Shown: in pieces, positions 60,325 through 64,000 of the stretch | Position numbering within the stretch: position 1 is the first letter of the stretch | How the letters are laid out: the number at the start of each line of letters is the position of its first letter | DNA from: Macrostomum hystrix | Taxonomy: Eukaryota; Animalia; Platyhelminthes | NCBI GenBank assembly: GCA_950097015.1 | Contig: CATNEN010000001.1 | Span: 4,278,001-4,342,000, forward strand | DNA: 64,000 bases | Reading direction: 5' to 3' | Notes under the pieces: model-generated | Told to the model about the DNA's origin: nothing | Databases searched by the model: none | Seen by the model: the letters and a program-made list of their open reading frames with translations, nothing else | Position numbers and translations under genes: made by a program

Positions 60325-63103
60325 TCAAACGTCGGGCTCAGTGCTGTCCTTGGTTCGAGCCTTGGCATAGACCAGATCCCATCGGTAGGGGAATCTGGAG
60401 CAGCAGAATCTGAAGCAATTGATGAAGTAGCCTTCGTGAAACGGATTGAAAGCGTCCGAGGATAAATATTTCAGATAGCTGATGCGTTCTCTTGACACCT
60501 GTTCCCAGGTAGTGGAGTTGCTGAATGCCAAATAGCAATGGAATAGGCCTAGGAATAGCAGTGGAATAGCTGATAGTAGGGCCACACTCATGCCAGCTAG
60601 ATAGGACCAGTTAAACCATAGCCATTGACCAGTGTCAGTGTGCTGCTCAAGTGACTGCCTGCTCAGTTGGTCATGATGGATGTGTCTGTCAGGTGAGACC
60701 TACTCAATTATTGTTTCATTTCGGTGAGCAGTCATAGATGGGAGGAGATGAGATGACCTGAGACAGATAAGACAGAGATGAGATAGAGATGAGACAGATT
60801 ATATGAGCTGAGACAGATTAGACAGAGATGAGATAGAGATGAGACAGATGAGATGAGCTGGGACAGATAAGACAGAGATGAGATAGAGATGAGACAGATG
60901 AGATGAGCTGGGACAGATAAGACAGAGATGAGATAGAGATGAGACAGATGAGATGAGCTGAGACAGATAAGACAGAGATGAGATAGAGATGAGACAGATG
61001 AGATGAGCTGGGACAGATAAGACAGAGATGAGATAGAGATGAGACAGATGAGATGAGCTGGGACAGATAAGACAGAGATGAGATAGAGATGAGACAGATG
61101 AGATGAGCTGGGACAGATAAGACAGAGATGAGATAGAGATGAGACAGATGAGATGAGCTGGGACAGATAAGACAGAGATGAGATAGAGATGAGACAGATG
61201 AGATGAGCTGGGACAGATAAGACAGAGATGAGATAGAGATGAGATAGATGAGATGAGCTGGGACAGATAAGACAGAGATGAGATAGAGATAAGACAGATG
61301 AGATGAGCTGAGACAGATAAGACAGAGATGAGATAGAGATGAGACAGATGAGATGAGCTGGGACAGATAAGACAGATAGGTGAGACGAAAGGACAGAATT
61401 GAGACAACCTACCAGAGCAGGCCGACAGTCCAGCAGTTGAGCACAAACTGGCTCATAATGAAGGCCAAAAATAAAGAATGGTTTCGCTCTCCGATGCAGT
61501 TCTCAACCCAGGGGCAGTGATGATCGAATCTGGCTACGCAGCGATGGCAGTCTTCGCAGTGACGCGACCGCAGCGGCTGCTCCTGCATGCAGTGCCGACA
61601 GAAGCGAAGCTGCACATTCGATGGCAGGGGAGAGCTGGCCTTCTTATTGCCGGCCTGGGCCAAGCCTCGACCATTCCGACCGATGTTGACTCGAAAATGC
61701 TTGGACCTACTGCCATTGTTCAGCATGCCGGATGTACTGCCAGTGTCGTCGTCTAATTCAACTCTGATGTCTTCGTCTAGATTGGATTCGGCCTCTTCAA
61801 GACTGGGATTGGATGCTTCGGATTCATCGTCAGAGGCTGGGCCAGTGCGAGCTGTTGACTGGATCAATGGTTTGGTGGGGTTTCAATTCAACTGATTGGC
61901 TCTTCACTTTGACTCTTTTAGCTACAAAACTAATAAGAAAATTGATATTGCAGTACCTACTTTTCTGGAAAAGTATCCCTTCTCTGATTATTCCCTTATT
62001 TTCTCACCAGTTTATTCCCTTATCTACTTATCTGTTCATTCCCTTATCTGCCTATCTGTTCATTCCCTTATCTACTTATCTGTTTATTTCCTTATCTGTT
62101 CATTCCCTTATCTACTTATCTGTTCATTCCCTTATCTACTTATCTGTTTAACCCCTATCTGTTCATTCCCTTATCTACTTATCTGTTCATTCCCTTATCT
62201 ACTTATCTGTTTATTTCCTTATCTGTTCATTCCCTTATCTACTTATCTGTTTATTTCCTTATCTGTTCATTCCCTTATCTACTTATCTGTTCATTCCCTT
62301 ATCTACTTATCTGTTTATTTCCTTATCTGGTTATTCCCTTATCTACTTATCTGTTTATTTCCTTATCTGGTTATTCCCTTATCTACTTATCTGTTTATTT
62401 CCTTATCTGTTCATTCCCTTATCTACTTATCTGTTATTTCCTTATCTGTTCATTCCCTTATCTACTTATCTGTTTATTTCATTATCTGTTCATTCCCTTT
62501 TCTACTTATCTGTTTATTTCCTTATCTGTTCATTCCCTTATCTACTTATCTGTTTATTCCCTTATCTACTTATCTGTGTATTCTTTTATCTACTTATCTA
62601 TTCATTCACTAATCTAATTATTAGTTTATTCTCTTATCTACCTGTCGGTTTATTCTATTATCTGCCAATTTTTTTTCATATCTTTTTATCTGTTTTTTTC
62701 TCCTACATTTCAATGTTTATCCCCTATCCGTATTATTCCCTCATCATCTTATCTGCTCCTGTCAGTTGATATCCTTCCGTGTCAGAGTACACACCGGTAG
62801 CATATCCTTGGTAACGTAGCCGGGGTCAATCAGGCTAGTAGCAAGGTAAAGACTCAATGCGATGAGAAACAGTGCCAAATAAGCTAGGCCTTCAATGAGA
62901 GACTTCTGCAAGAACAAGTCGGCATAGAGTCGCGAGCTAGATTTAACTAGCAGTGCTGTTAGCACGGAACAGCACAGGGCTGTGTGTGCTAGCCTCATCA
63001 GCCAAGCCTTCCATTGACACTGCTGACTACCACTGAAGCAGCAACAGCAGCAGCGGCCGCCGTTGCCGCAATCCGTGGTTGACGAACTGTTGCCAAAGCG
63101 ACG
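60325..63103 (-). CDS. ZDHHC12: DHHC palmitoyltransferase, ZDHHC12-like
   Basis: Exons 63103-62795, 61858-61413, 60658-60325 splice in frame (phases 0, 2). Motifs: [63 protein letters not shown]. Start uncertain (MRLAH in the first exon, or an upstream exon). Confidence 0.88.
60745..61380. repeat. 50-bp purine-rich intronic minisatellite
   Basis: GAGACAGATGAGATGAGCTGGGACAGATAAGACAGAGATGAGATAGAGAT in tandem, within a ZDHHC12 intron. Confidence 0.95.
62010..62605. repeat. 16/24-bp pyrimidine-rich intronic repeat (TTATCTGTTCATTCCCTTATCTAC)
   Basis: Tandem array within a ZDHHC12 intron. Confidence 0.93.
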
Positions 63104-63794
63104 CTGAAAAAATGAATTGCAAAATTTCACTTATGAAAGAAAGTGCAGATTTAAAAAAATCAATTAAATTAGCAAGAAAAACTTTTTAAACAAAAAAACC
63201 ACCCACAAAAACTTCGAAGCTATTTTTTCAAACGTTTTATTTTATTAAATCAAAGTAAAGTACAGTAAATTCAAACTCATTGCAAACACAACAATTGAAA
63301 AATAAACATACGGAGGCCCAGTTACCACAGACAGAATCGGTGCTTGGAAACCAGATTGGATAATTAATGACGATGGGAAAATTAGGTTTTATGTACGAGA
63401 TTATATTGTATTGAGGGAAAGATGGATGGGTCCTTAAATACGCAGGTGAGTGAATGAATAATTAGTAGTTTATACAACAGAATAATTAAGATTCAAGCAA
63501 GTTGATTAATTAAAACTAAAAAGCAAATAATTCAAATTAGATTAAACGGAAATAAAACATCTGAAATAACGCATTTGGCATAGGAAACTTATGTAGAAAC
63601 AGTCAGTAACAATACAGTCTTGCAGCATTGCATTTGTAATTAATAAACATATATAATTATACAATCGGTTTGTTAGTTTGTATTTTAATCACTTCTTAGA
63701 ATCGGGGCAATTTATTTAGCAAGAAACTGTCTAGTAATATTAAGCCCCATAAAATTTACTTTTTGTCAACTCAATACAATTTATATCTCACGTC

Positions 63795-64000
63795 CCTTAA
63801 AAGAGACAGCTTCAAAATCTCACCCATTAAGCGAGACAGTTTCAAAATCTCACCCATTAAACGAGACAGCTTCAAAATCTCACCCATTAAGCGAGACAGT
63901 TTCAAAATCTCACCTATTAAGAGAGACAGCTTCAAAATCTCACCTATTAAGAGAAACAGCTTCAAAATCTCACCCAATAAGAGAGACAGCTTCCAAATCT
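63795..64000. repeat. 30-bp minisatellite (AGAGACAGCTTCAAAATCTCACCCATTAAG)
   Basis: Tandem array running off the window end. Confidence 0.92.

Overview
Eukaryotic (metazoan) genomic DNA, rich in minisatellites, with GT-AG introns. The gene style is suggestive of an invertebrate such as a free-living flatworm, but this is inference only. Bases ~1-54,300 are a rearranged tandem segmental duplication (~11-18 kb units). Its core is four minus-strand copies of a 4-exon gene that the ORF track splits into pieces. By my manual splicing, each copy joins an N-terminal array of near-identical 33-aa (99-nt) ankyrin repeats plus a canonical ankyrin module, in frame, to a Mab-21/cGAS-like nucleotidyltransferase (cGLR) with intact catalytic motifs. 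The ankyrin arrays differ in length between copies (7, 6, 4 and 20 units) and vary mainly at two di-residue sites per repeat, while the enzyme exons are a patchwork of shared blocks. This looks like a diversifying innate-immune receptor locus. The duplicated units also carry TM2D2, a 6-finger C2H2 gene, a degenerate zinc-finger gene, an intronless tandem-PC4-like gene, a 5'-deleted Ty3/Gypsy element, tRNA-derived SINE-like pieces and G-rich satellites. The right end holds large satellite arrays and a spliced ZDHHC12-like palmitoyltransferase gene.
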